Position numbers and translations under genes: made by a program. DNA of 64,000 bases from an uncultured Acidobacteriota bacterium (GTDB lineage Bacteria > Acidobacteriota > Thermoanaerobaculia > UBA5066): NCBI GenBank assembly GCA_963779415.1, contig CAVZYA010000002.1, forward strand, positions 1,120,001-1,184,000, written 5' to 3'. Shown one piece after another: positions 10,176 to 20,102 of the stretch. The notes beneath the pieces are model-generated. The model was not told the origin of the DNA. It did no database searches and saw only the letters and a program-made list of their open reading frames with translations. The stretch's first letter is position 1. The number at the start of each line of letters is the position of its first letter.

Positions 10176-11045
10176 ATGAAGAGACGCGCGATCTCGTCTG
10201 CCCTCGTCGTTTCGGCGGTCGTGGCGCTAACGCTCGGTCTTTCCCGGCCCGTGTCGGCCCAGTACGCGTCGTCCTACGGGGCCAGCCCCGGGATGGGCGA
10301 AACCTTCCGGATCGACTTCGGCGGCTTCTTCCAGAAGTTCGACACGAGCATCTTTCTCGAGTCGTCGAGCGGGGCGTCGACGGACATCAACCTCGAAAGC
10401 CTCTTCGGCCAGGACGTCCACAAGACGAGCTTCCGCGTCGACGGCTACTGGCGTCTCGGCCGGCACGCGAGCCTCGTCTTCGGATACGTCGGGTGGAACC
10501 GCTCCTCCTCGGCGACGATGCCCTACGACGTCCAGTTCGGGGACTACGTCCTCCACGCAGGGTCCTCGGTCGACTCGAAGGTCCGCGTGGCCGTCCCGCA
10601 GCTCTACTACGCCTACTCGACCGGCAACAACGGCACGGTGGAGCTCGGCGGGATGATCGGCTTCTCGACCTACATCAACAAGGCCAGCCTCGACGCCTCG
10701 GGGTCGATCTCGGGACCGGGTGGAACGGTGACGAATAGCTACAGCTCGGACCAGTGGCACCTCACGGTGCCGGTCCCGGCCACGGGCGCGTATCTCATGT
10801 ACTCGCTTTACCCCGGCCTGCTCCTCGACGCGAACGTCAAGTGGCTCCCGTCGGTGACGATCTCGGGGTACAACGGCGGCATGCTCGAGTACAAGGCGGG
10901 ACTCGATCTCTACTTCACGAAGAACATCGGAATCGGCGCGGCCTACCAGTACACGCATGTCCACGTCTATCACGTGGAGACGAACACGGTCGGATTCGAC
11001 TTCAAGTACAGCGGCCCGTACGCGTTTCTGAGCCTGGCGTTCTAG
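10176..11045 (+). CDS. outer-membrane beta-barrel protein (paralog of 20103-20966)
   Basis: Signal peptide, amphipathic strands, C-terminal YSGPYAFLSLAF. Confidence 0.8.
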   Translation: MKRRAISSALVVSAVVALTLGLSRPVSAQYASSYGASPGMGETFRIDFGGFFQKFDTSIFLESSSGASTDINLESLFGQDVHKTSFRVDGYWRLGRHASLVFGYVGWNRSSSATMPYDVQFGDYVLHAGSSVDSKVRVAVPQLYYAYSTGNNGTVELGGMIGFSTYINKASLDASGSISGPGGTVTNSYSSDQWHLTVPVPATGAYLMYSLYPGLLLDANVKWLPSVTISGYNGGMLEYKAGLDLYFTKNIGIGAAYQYTHVHVYHVETNTVGFDFKYSGPYAFLSLAF

Positions 11046-11071
11046 AACGGACGGGGCGTTACGATGGCCGC

Positions 11072-11785
11072 GTGAAGGCGGCGCGGGCAGCGGCGGGGAA
11101 GTTCGTCGTCGAGTTCGAGAGCGAGGAAGAACTTCGGGAGGAACACCGAACGAGCCTCGCGCACGGTGGGCTGCGCCTCCGCGTCGCGGAGAAGCCGGCA
11201 CTTTTCTCGAAGGTCGAGATCCTCCTCCGCGGGCCGCTCGGAGCGGAGTTCGCGCTCTCGGGAACGGTTGTCGCGCCGCTGCCGGACGGCGTTGCGCTGG
11301 CCTTCGAGGGGAACGGGGACGCGGTCCTCGAGGCGCTTCTCGCTCCTCCGGCCGCGGAGACCGAGCTGGAAGTGAAGGACGGAAGCAACTGGGACCGGCT
11401 CCGCGCCCTTTCGCGGACCGAGAAGCTGCTCCTCGCCCCGAAGGCCGACCGGACCGAGCGGCTCGTCCTGGTGCAGGAGAGCGACCCGCAGGTCCTCTAT
11501 TCGCTCCTCAAGAACCCGCGGATCACCATGGACGAAGTCGTCCGGATCGCGAAGTCGAGCTATCTCGTCTACCAGAGCGCCGAGCTGATCCTCAAGACCA
11601 GCCAATGGACGGCGAACCTCGACGTCCGCGTCGCGCTTGTTCACAACCCGAAGACGCCCCCCGCGTTCGCACTCAGGATCGTCCCGACGCTGCCGGAAGC
11701 GGAGCTGAAGACGATCGCGCGCGGAGCGGCCACGAGCATGGCGCTGAAGCAGGCGGCGCTGAAGCGGCTGCAGGGCGAAGCCTGA
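11072..11785 (+). CDS. PilZ-like N-terminal domain plus helical C-terminal domain
   Basis: FESEEEL..SLAHGGLRLR resembles myxobacterial-type PilZ; LSRTEKLLLA..LLKNPRIT helical region; GTG start. Confidence 0.6.
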   Translation: MKAARAAAGKFVVEFESEEELREEHRTSLAHGGLRLRVAEKPALFSKVEILLRGPLGAEFALSGTVVAPLPDGVALAFEGNGDAVLEALLAPPAAETELEVKDGSNWDRLRALSRTEKLLLAPKADRTERLVLVQESDPQVLYSLLKNPRITMDEVVRIAKSSYLVYQSAELILKTSQWTANLDVRVALVHNPKTPPAFALRIVPTLPEAELKTIARGAATSMALKQAALKRLQGEA

Positions 11786-11857
11786 ACGGCGGGGTCCGCC
11801 GGCCTCTCCGCCCGGAGCTAGAATCCGGGCCAACTTCAATCGGATGGAGAGAGAATC

Positions 11858-12385
11858 ATGAAGAAGATCTTCATTGCAGCAGGCGCTCTTCTCGTGACGG
11901 CGTCGCTCGTCGTACTTGCACAGGCCCCCCCGGCGCCCGCGGCGAATCCGCAGGCGGCCGGAATGGCCAAGTCGCTGGGCCTCGTCGTCTTCCCGGCGAA
12001 GGACCAGAAGCCCGAGCAGCAGCAGAAGGACGAATACGACTGCTACGTCTGGGCCAAGGGGCAGACGAACTACGATCCGGTCGCTCCGCCCCCCACCCCT
12101 ACGGCCGTCGCCGCCGAACAGAAGAAAGGCGGGGCCGTCAAGGGCGCAGCGAGAGGCGCCGCGGGGGGCGCCGCGGTCGGCGCCATCGCGGGCGACGCCG
12201 GGACCGGGGCGGCGATCGGCGCGACAGCCGGCGCGGTCAAGGGCCGGAGGCAGCAGAAGGCGTCCGAGGCACAGGCCACGGAGAAGGCGAAGTCCAATCA
12301 GGCCGCGGCCGCCGCGGGGCCGAAGGACCAGTACAAGAAGGCCTTCAAGACCTGCCTCCAGGGGAAGGGCTACACCGTCAACTGA
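11858..12385 (+). CDS. secreted glycine-zipper protein
   Basis: Signal peptide; VVFPAKDQKPEQQQKDEYDCYVWA; GAAGGAAVGAIAG zipper; CLQGKGYTV end. Confidence 0.85.
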   Translation: MKKIFIAAGALLVTASLVVLAQAPPAPAANPQAAGMAKSLGLVVFPAKDQKPEQQQKDEYDCYVWAKGQTNYDPVAPPPTPTAVAAEQKKGGAVKGAARGAAGGAAVGAIAGDAGTGAAIGATAGAVKGRRQQKASEAQATEKAKSNQAAAAAGPKDQYKKAFKTCLQGKGYTVN

Positions 12386-12491
12386 GTCCGTTCCCGTCTC
12401 CCCGACACCGACGCCGACACCGCCAAGCACTTCGAGCGGAGCATCGAGTCGACGCTTGACAGAGGGCGGCCCTGCGACGAAGGCGACGACG

Positions 12492-15400
12492 ATGGGCCGG
12501 AAGGCTCTCGTGTCGGCCGCGGGCGTCCTGATCCTCGGCCTCGCCGGCGCCGCCCTCGCCCCCCTCTGGATCAATCTCGAGCCGGTCAGGAAGCGGATCG
12601 AGTCCGCCGCTTCCTCGGCTCTCGGCGGCACGGTGACCGTCGGACGAATAGACCTCTCCGTCTTCCCGCGCCCCGGGGCGACGATTCATCAGCTGAACGT
12701 GACCGTCCCGGGGAAGGTGCGCGGCACCGTCCGTTCCGTGGGCGTCTCGCCGGTAGTCCTCGCGCTCCTCCGGGGCCGGTTCCGCCCGGCGAGCGTCCGG
12801 GTGGACGGGCCGGACCTGACGGTCGAGCTTCCCGAAGCGACGAAAAAGGACGCGCCGGCCCCTCTTCCGGATCCGCTGAAGAGCCTCGCGCCTCTCCTCG
12901 CCGGGGTCGTCTCCGAGGTGCCGGGGATGGCCGTCGACGTGAACGGGGAGCGGCTCGTCGTTGCCCGCGGAGGAAGGACTCTCGCCTCCGTCGAAGGCCT
13001 GAGGCTGAGCGTCCGCGTCTCTCCGGGGACGCGCGACAGGCTTCATGCCGACGTCGGGGTCGCCGCGGAGTCCGTCTCTCTCCGGCGAGAGGGCGGACGG
13101 ACTCTCGAGATCGATGGCGTCCGCATCGAAGGGGCCTTCGACTCCCGTGAAGGACGGTCGGAGATCACGCTCTCGCGCCTCTCCACGAAGTCCCCGCAGT
13201 TTCTCGCCGAGATCGCGATTTCGGCCGAGCCGGCGGTCCCGCGGGTCGATCTGTCGGCCCGTGGCAGCGGTCTCGATTTGACGGCGCTCCGCCGGAAGCT
13301 CCTCCCCTTCGCGGGGGACGACCCCACCCTCGCCGCGATCTTCGCGATCCTCCGGGGCGGCACGCTCACCTCCTTCTCCTTCGCCTCCGGAGGACGGACG
13401 GCCGGGGATCTGGGGGTTTTGGAGGGGATGTCGATCCGCGGCACCCTCGCGGAGGGGAGCGTCCGGATCGGGAGCGTGGGCCTCGACTTCGAGGAGGCGC
13501 GTGGAGACGCCGCCGTCGAGAAGGGGGTCCTCTCCGTAGAGCATGCGGCGGCGCGAATCGGCAACTCGCAGGCGTCGGACGGAAGCGTCCGGGTCGGGCT
13601 CTCGGCAAACGACGACACCCTGCGCGTCGAGGCCACGGTGCGGTCGGACCTCGCGGAGCTTCCCGCGATCCTCTCCCGTGCGGTTCGTGGCGGCTCGCTC
13701 CACGAAGAGCTTCCTCTCGTGGAGGACCTAGAGGGGAGTGCGATGGGTCGCCTCACGCTCGAGAACCGGGCGGGAGCGTTGACGACAACGGTCGCCGTGT
13801 CGGAGATGCGGCTCTCCGGCCGCTACCGGAAGATCCCCTTCCCGATCTCGATCCGGCGAGGGACCTTCTTCTACGACGGGAGGCGTCTCGCGGTCGGCGG
13901 GCTCTCCGGAAGCGTGGGACGCTCGATATTCTCCGGCCTCGATGCGCGCCTGGGGCTCGGGGATTCCCCTTCCTTCGACGGAGTCTCGGGCACGGTCGAG
14001 CTGTCGCTCGACGAGCTCTACCCGTGGCTGGCCTCCCGGGAGGGGATGGAGGCGCTCCGGACCGGGATTCCCCGGCTGCGGGGATCCGTCGGACTCTTCG
14101 TCGAGCGGCTCAGCGGGCCGATCTCCCGGCCGGGGGAGTGGCAAGGCGGGGCGGCCGGATCGCTGAAGGATCTCTTCCTTGACGCTTCGTTTCTCACCAA
14201 TCCTCTCGAGGTGAGAGCCGGAGATTTCCGGATCGACGACGAGACGATCCGCGTGGCGGGGATCGAAGCGAGGACGATCGACGCGGCCCTGAAAGTCTCA
14301 GGCACGCTCGACGGCTACCGGCGAGGCCTTCGGAGACTCGAGGCCGTCGTGGACGGCGAGATGGGACCCGAGGCGGTCCGGTGGGTCTGGGAGAAAGCCT
14401 TGCTTCCGCGCGGTCTCCTGCCTGCGGCGCCACTCGCGCTCGAGGAGTTCCGCATCGGGTTCGGCGGCGGAGGCGCGTTCTCGCTTGCGGGGAAGGTCAC
14501 GGTCGGGAGGGGCCCTCTCGTGACACTCGACGTGGTCGGAAGCGAGACGGGGACGGACGTCCGCCGCCTGACGATCGCCGACCATCTCTCCGATGCCTCG
14601 GTCTCCCTCGGTCTGAAGAAGAGCGAGTTCAAAGTCGGCTTCGCCGGCCGCCTGGACGGCGCGACCCTGGAAGACATGCTCGCCGAGAGGAGGCAGCGGC
14701 ACGGCCGGATCGAGGGCGAGTTCCGCGCCCTCGTGAGGCGCGAGCACCCCGCGGAGTCGTCGGTGGACGGATGGCTCACCGGGAAGGATCTCTTGATCCC
14801 CACGACGGCTGGCGACGTCACGGTCGAGAGCCTCGACCTTCGCGCCTCGGGGGACCGGCTCACCGCGGCGTCTTCCTCCGTCGTCCTCGACGAGCAGCGC
14901 TTCTCGGTCACCGGCAACGCGGCGTTCCGGGACGAAGGGCTCGTTCTCGACCTGGACGCCGCGACCGACGCCCTCTCGTGGGAGCGCGTTTCGGCGGTTC
15001 TCGACCGGAAGAAGGAGGAGGAAGGGCAGCGCCTCCGCGCCAACGGAGGAGACGACTCCCGCGCTGGCGGTCCTCGGCGACGTCCGTTTCTCTCTCGGTT
15101 CGTTCGCGTACCGGAATCTCGTCTGGAAGCCCGTCCTCGGCACTTTCTCTCTGGCGCAGGGGACGACCACCCTCACGGTTCGGGACGCCGACGTCTGCGG
15201 CATCAAGACGACCGGGGCGATCCAGCTCCGGGAAGGAGGGCCGGCCGAGGTCCGTGCCAGGGTCTCGGCGGCCGGTCCCGACATCGCCGTCCCGCTCGCC
15301 TGTCTCGGCTTCTCGAGCCTCCAGATGTCCGGGGCCTTCGAGGCGTGTCTGGAGGTGGAAGGAGAAGAGGAGGCCGCAGAGCTTCCGCGGGTCGTTCGGG

Positions 15401-15894
15401 GACCGGTGATGCTGAAGGCGTCCCGGGGGCGAATCGGAAAAGCGACGCTCCTGACGAGGATTCTCGACGCCCTCAACGGCACCTCCGTCTTCGCCGGCAA
15501 GAGGCGCGAGCAGATCGGCGAGGCGATGGTCTACGACACGCTCACCGTCGAGGGAAGCCTCGAAGCGGGTCGCTTCGCGATCCGCGAGGGCGTGCTTCGG
15601 ACGCCGTCGTTCACGATGGCGGCGAACGGCACGGTCGGCACCCTCGACCGCTCCGTCGACCTGATGGTCCTCGCGCACCCCTTTTCGACGATGGACAAGG
15701 TCGTCCGGGCGATTCCGGTCGTCCGGTACATCCTCGGAAGGGACTTCCTCTCCGTGGGGGCGAAGGTGACGGGGAGCCTCGGAGATCCGAAGGTCGACAT
15801 TTCCCCCGCGCGGGACGCGAGCCGCGGGCTCATCGACATCCTCGCGAGAACGGTGACTCTTCCGGTCAAGGTCTTCGATCCGGAGGTCCGCTGA
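12492..15894 (+). CDS. AsmA-family protein with one frameshift near 15020
   Basis: N-terminal TM plus AsmA_N-like start; repeating beta-groove sequence. The frame switches in GAAGAAGGAGGAGGAAG and continues to an AsmA2-like end (KVTGSLGDPKVDI). Confidence 0.8.
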
Positions 15895-15939
15895 CGGCGG
15901 GCGGCTCCGCCGCAGCGGCATGGCGCCGCGTCCGCGCGC

Positions 15940-16860
15940 CTAGTCGAACCAGAGAAACTGGTAGGCGATCGCGTACGTCGTGAAATTCGCCCCGATCCGG
16001 GCCGTGGCGCCCTTCGCGACGGCGAACTTGAGGGAGTGCTGTTTGGCGAGAGGGAGGACAAACGTCAGGCCGACACGGCTGTTTGCCTGCCGCGTGTCGT
16101 TCACGACGCCGCCCGTCGTCGTCTGTCCCCCCGTGTAGTAGGTCCCGTCGAGCGAGACCCACATGTGGGTCCGGATCGTGTAGGCGACGTGAGCCTGGAA
16201 GCTGTAGAGCGGATCCTGGGTCCGCTTGACGCCGCCGTAGAAGTCGTTGTTGGCCAGGAAGAGGAAAACGCCGGCGTAGGCCTCGAACGTCCACGGCCCC
16301 GAAGGCTGCGAGAAGCCGACCTCCGGCTTGAAAGCCCAGCGGTTCGTCCCGATGTTGATCAGCTTCGCCGGGTCGTACTGGCCGGTCGGAGCGGAGAGCG
16401 AGAGACTGACGCCGAGGATCGTCTCGGGAGTGCGCGCCGCGAACTCGCGGGGCGTCAGCGCCGGGCCTCCGAGGATGTTGATCGCTCCCCGAAACTTGAG
16501 ATCAGCCAGTCCCGACCGGTAGATCTCGTTGTAGACCTCGGCGACGTTTCCCGAGATATTCCCCCACGCGTAGGGGAGGGCGAATATCACGGAGGCGGTC
16601 CGGCCGAAGAGAGCGAAGCTCCGGCCGTAGGCGAAGTTCACGCCGTTGATGCGGGCATTCACATCCGTAAAAGGGAGAGACGGGTCGAAGAGGACTTCAC
16701 CCGTCTGGTAGCCGTATCCGACGAGAAAGAAGTTCACGCCGACGGGATTCGGGGAATAGGCGCGGGGCTCCAGATCCTGCGCGCCGGCGGCCCGGGCAAG
16801 GAAGACGGCGGCCAGCAGGGGGAGGATGAGACGTCTGTCGAACAGGGTGGCTCTCCGCAG
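15940..16860 (-). CDS. MetA/phenol-degradation-type outer-membrane transporter
   Basis: QDLEPRAYSPNPVG after signal peptide; APTGQYDPAKLINIGTNRW; ends YQFLWFD. Start codon uncertain (in-frame CTG at 16860). Confidence 0.82.
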   Translation of the reverse strand: MRRATLFDRRLILPLLAAVFLARAAGAQDLEPRAYSPNPVGVNFFLVGYGYQTGEVLFDPSLPFTDVNARINGVNFAYGRSFALFGRTASVIFALPYAWGNISGNVAEVYNEIYRSGLADLKFRGAINILGGPALTPREFAARTPETILGVSLSLSAPTGQYDPAKLINIGTNRWAFKPEVGFSQPSGPWTFEAYAGVFLFLANNDFYGGVKRTQDPLYSFQAHVAYTIRTHMWVSLDGTYYTGGQTTTGGVVNDTRQANSRVGLTFVLPLAKQHSLKFAVAKGATARIGANFTTYAIAYQFLWFD

Positions 16861-17074
16861 CGAACCGGGGTGCTGTCGCGGCGTTCGCTCGGGGGCGGAT
16901 GATACAGCGCGTCTCTTTTCGAAGGCCCCGGGGAAAATCCCCAGTCCTCGTTTCGGGACGGGCGAATTGGCGGTAGACTACCCGGTCGTGACCCCCCCGA
17001 TCGTGACCGGGCCCCCGGGAACGAAATTCGCGAGTCATCGCCCCGAACGGGCGAATAGTAGAAGGAGGATTGGA

Positions 17075-17806
17075 ATGTCCAGATCGAAAGTGGTTTTCCT
17101 CGTAATCGTCGCGGCGCTTCTCGTCACGGGATCGGCGTTCGCCCAGCAGACGACCGCAAAGGTCGAGAAGGTGGAAGTCGAGATCGTGTACGTGCATGGC
17201 AACACGGTCGTCTTTATGCGGGACGGCCAGGTGCGGCAGCGCGAAGTGCCCCCTGACTTCAAGGTGGATGTCGGCGGCCAGATGGTGCCTGTCTCCGAAC
17301 TCAAGCCCGGGCAGAAGGTCATGGTCGAGATGACGACGACGACCACGGTCCTCCCGCCGGCGAAGGTCGTGACCGTCCGTAACGGCGAAGTCGTCCAGGT
17401 CGTCGGCAACACCCTCATTTACAACGAAGCGGGCCAGAACAAGAAGGTCGTCCCCCCGAAGGACTTCAAGTTCCAGGTCGAGGGGAAAGATGTTGGCATC
17501 GGCGAGCTGCGGCCCGGGATGAAGCTGACCGCCACGATCATCACGGAAAAGCCGGTGGCCCCGGTGACGAAGACCGCGATGAAGGCCTCTGCCGAGCCCG
17601 CGAAGCCGAAGGCGCCCGCCCCGGCCCCCGCTGCTGCGGCTCCGGCTCCGGCTCCGGCCCAGGCTGAGGCGGCTCCGGCTCCGGCTCCCGAGAAGAAGAA
17701 GCTGCCGAAGACGGCCACGCCGCTGCCGCTCGTCGGCCTCACCGGTGGGGCGCTCTTCCTGCTCGGCTCGGGCGTCTCGGCCCTCCGCCGTCGCCGCGCT
17801 GCCTGA
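17075..17806 (+). CDS. sortase substrate: secreted protein with LPKTA sorting signal
   Basis: AGGAGG RBS; signal peptide; two OB-like repeats; PA-rich linker; LPKTA plus hydrophobic helix plus RRRR tail. Confidence 0.88.
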   Translation: MSRSKVVFLVIVAALLVTGSAFAQQTTAKVEKVEVEIVYVHGNTVVFMRDGQVRQREVPPDFKVDVGGQMVPVSELKPGQKVMVEMTTTTTVLPPAKVVTVRNGEVVQVVGNTLIYNEAGQNKKVVPPKDFKFQVEGKDVGIGELRPGMKLTATIITEKPVAPVTKTAMKASAEPAKPKAPAPAPAAAAPAPAPAQAEAAPAPAPEKKKLPKTATPLPLVGLTGGALFLLGSGVSALRRRRAA

Positions 17807-17826
17807 TTTCCGATAACGGTTCGAAG

Positions 17827-17867
17827 CGGCCGCCCCGGGAAGCGTCCCGGGGCGGCCGTCTTCTTTC
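17827..17867 (+). terminator. hairpin/terminator between substrate and sortase
   Basis: 14-bp perfect stem CGGCCGCCCCGGGA-AGCG-TCCCGGGGCGGCCG then TCTTCTTTC. Confidence 0.7.
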
Positions 17868-17876
17868 TGCGGCCGG

Positions 17877-18590
17877 ATGATCCGATTCCTCAAGCGTCCC
17901 GAGAGAATTCTGATCGCCGTGGGGCTGGTCCTCCTCGGCATCTATGGCGCTGCATGGGCGCACCGCGTCATCCTGAGCCGATCGAGCCTTCGCGCCTTCG
18001 AGAAAGCGAAGCTCGCAGCGCCGACGGCGACCCCGGATCCGGCCGTGGCCCTGCCCGCCGCCTCGCCCCCGGCGGTCCCCTCACCGCGCCTCGACCTCTC
18101 GAGCGGCATCCCGGCGGACGTGGACACGTCGCTCTGGTCCGAAAAAAGGATCCGCGACTACAGGGCAAGCCTGAAGAAGCGTTTCGACCTGCCGCTCGCT
18201 GTCCTCCGGATACCGAAGATCGGTCTCGAAGTGCCGGTCCTCGAGGGGACGGACGACCTCACCCTCAACCGCGGCGTGGGCCACATCGAAGGGACGCCAC
18301 AGCCGGGCGAGGCCGGGAACTCCGGGATCGCCGGCCATCGCGACGGGTTCTTCCGCGGCCTGAAGGACATCGCCGTGGGGGACCGGATCGGACTCGTCAC
18401 GCTCGTCGGGAACGAGTCGTACGAGGTCGACCGGATCACGATCGTCTCTCCCGACGACGTCTCGGTGCTCGCGGACAGCGGGGAGCCTTCGCTCACACTC
18501 GTGACCTGCTACCCGTTCTACTTCGTTGGCGACGCGCCGCGCCGGTACATCGTCCGGGCCGTCCGCGTTGCTCCCGTCGCCGGCCGCTGA
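17877..18590 (+). CDS. sortase, class D-like
   Basis: N-terminal TM; IAGHRD (His), LTLVTCYPF (Cys), PRRYIVRA (Arg). Confidence 0.93.
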   Translation: MIRFLKRPERILIAVGLVLLGIYGAAWAHRVILSRSSLRAFEKAKLAAPTATPDPAVALPAASPPAVPSPRLDLSSGIPADVDTSLWSEKRIRDYRASLKKRFDLPLAVLRIPKIGLEVPVLEGTDDLTLNRGVGHIEGTPQPGEAGNSGIAGHRDGFFRGLKDIAVGDRIGLVTLVGNESYEVDRITIVSPDDVSVLADSGEPSLTLVTCYPFYFVGDAPRRYIVRAVRVAPVAGR

Positions 18591-18726
18591 ACGCGTCGTC
18601 CTCGTCTGCGAGCGGCTGACATCACCGGGTGCAGACAAGGCTGGCGAAGCGTGATTTCCTGCCGTGGGCTGTCGTAACATCGCCGCCCGTGTCGCCTGAC
18701 CAATCGTTCTTTTTCACCCGGAAAGA

Positions 18727-18742
18727 CGGAACACACATTGCA
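18727..18742 (+). promoter_or_regulatory. possible sigma-54 promoter
   Basis: CGGAAC-ACACA-TTGCA gives GG-N10-GC about 55 bp upstream of the 18798 start; imperfect match. Confidence 0.3.
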
Positions 18743-18797
18743 TGATTTCCGAGGAATCCCGCCCGTTGCGGGCGAACTGTCCTCCAAGGAGGTCTTC

Positions 18798-19454
18798 ATG
18801 AATCGCTTCGGAAGAATTCTCGCGGCGACAGCAGGCGTCATCGTGGGGGCGCTTCTCATCGCGGCCCCGGCCACCGCCCAGAACGTCCCGAACACTTGGG
18901 AAGTCACCGTCCTCGGTGGCGGCGAGTTCGGGAACCAGATCTATCAGGGGCACCACACCGACGTCGACGTGGCGACCGCCTTCACGTACGGCCTTCGCCT
19001 CGGCTACAACATCACTCCGGCGTTCGAGGTGGAAGTCGGATGGAACGGGTCCAAGGCCGACCTGAACGCCACGGCGTGGGGGCCGGGTGGACAGGACGGA
19101 AAGATCGGGACCCTGAGGCAGGACATCTACGAAGCGAGCGCGCTCTGGCACTGGGGGAGCCGCCGGGTGAGCGGCTACGCCGGCCTGGGTCTCGGGGCGA
19201 TCAACTTCTCGCCGGACATCAGCGGAGTCAGCGCATCGTCGAGCACGAGGTTCACGGGGAGCTTCGTTCTCGGCGGGAAGTTCAGCCTGACGCCGCGCGT
19301 CGCGCTGCGGGTGGAAGGACGCCTTCGCAGCTCCGACACCGGCCAGCAGACCTCTTCGGGGGGCTGGTGTGATTACACCTACGGCTGCTACTACTACTCG
19401 ACCACCTGGTACACCTCAGGAGAGGTGACGGGCGGCCTGCTCGTCCGGTTCTGA
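18798..19454 (+). CDS. OmpA-like outer-membrane beta-barrel protein
   Basis: AAGGAGG RBS; signal peptide; YGLRLGYNITP; ends GLLVRF. Confidence 0.85.
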   Translation: MNRFGRILAATAGVIVGALLIAAPATAQNVPNTWEVTVLGGGEFGNQIYQGHHTDVDVATAFTYGLRLGYNITPAFEVEVGWNGSKADLNATAWGPGGQDGKIGTLRQDIYEASALWHWGSRRVSGYAGLGLGAINFSPDISGVSASSSTRFTGSFVLGGKFSLTPRVALRVEGRLRSSDTGQQTSSGGWCDYTYGCYYYSTTWYTSGEVTGGLLVRF

Positions 19455-19458
19455 GGGC

Positions 19459-20028
19459 GTGGCGGAATTGGACTCCCCGGTGGCGCATCGCCTCCTGCGT
19501 GCGGTGCTCACCGGGGTTTTCCTTCTCGTCGCCCCGGCCTGCTCGACGCTCAAGGTCAGCACGGACTACGACCGGACCGTCGATTTCGCCGCCTACCGGA
19601 CGTACGGCTGGATCGACACGCAGGAGATCCGCAACACCCTCCTGAAGAAGCGCGTCATGGCCGCCGTGGACGAGGAGCTGCAGGGGAAGGGGCTGGTCCT
19701 GAAGCAGGACGGCTCCGACCTCGAGGTCGCCATCCATCCGCGCTTCTCGAGCGAGGTCATGGTGAACACCTACAGCACCGGATGGGGCTACAGCTCTGGC
19801 TGGGGCGGGTGGGGGGGCGTCGGGGCCGGAGGGACGACCTCCACCGTCAGCGAGGTCCCCGTCGGGACGCTCATCGTCGACCTCGTCGACACGCGCCGGA
19901 AGGAGCTGGTCTGGCGGGGGACGGCCACGAGCCCGATCGACTCGGAGGCCTCGGCCGGGGAGCGGCAGGAGATGGTGAACGACGCCATCCGGAAGCTCTT
20001 CGAGGACTACCCGCCGAAGAAGAAATAG
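19459..20028 (+). CDS. DUF4136-family lipoprotein (paralog of 2859-3413)
   Basis: Lipobox-like APAC; DFAAYRTYGW; GTLIVDLVD..LVWRGTA; FEDYPP. Confidence 0.85.
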   Translation: MAELDSPVAHRLLRAVLTGVFLLVAPACSTLKVSTDYDRTVDFAAYRTYGWIDTQEIRNTLLKKRVMAAVDEELQGKGLVLKQDGSDLEVAIHPRFSSEVMVNTYSTGWGYSSGWGGWGGVGAGGTTSTVSEVPVGTLIVDLVDTRRKELVWRGTATSPIDSEASAGERQEMVNDAIRKLFEDYPPKKK

Positions 20029-20102
20029 ACCCCTCTCGAACGAGAAGCGGAGAAGGCGCTAGACTCTCACGCATCGATCCCCGAGGTACGGAAAGGAACA
20101 AG

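Noticed and set aside
15005-15030. Programmed frameshifting in the AsmA, glucosidase or sulfatase genes
   Set aside because: No canonical slippery heptamer with stimulator seen; many scattered indels are better explained by sequencing error.
11916-15983. 1355-aa ORF as a single giant protein
   Set aside because: Its N-part is an off-frame read of the glycine-zipper gene and its tail is off-frame after the 15020 shift; the real gene is 12492-15894.
17625-17690. GCTCCG tandem repeats as a VNTR or phase-variation tract
   Set aside because: In-frame hexamers encoding the Ala-Pro linker; length change would not shift frame.
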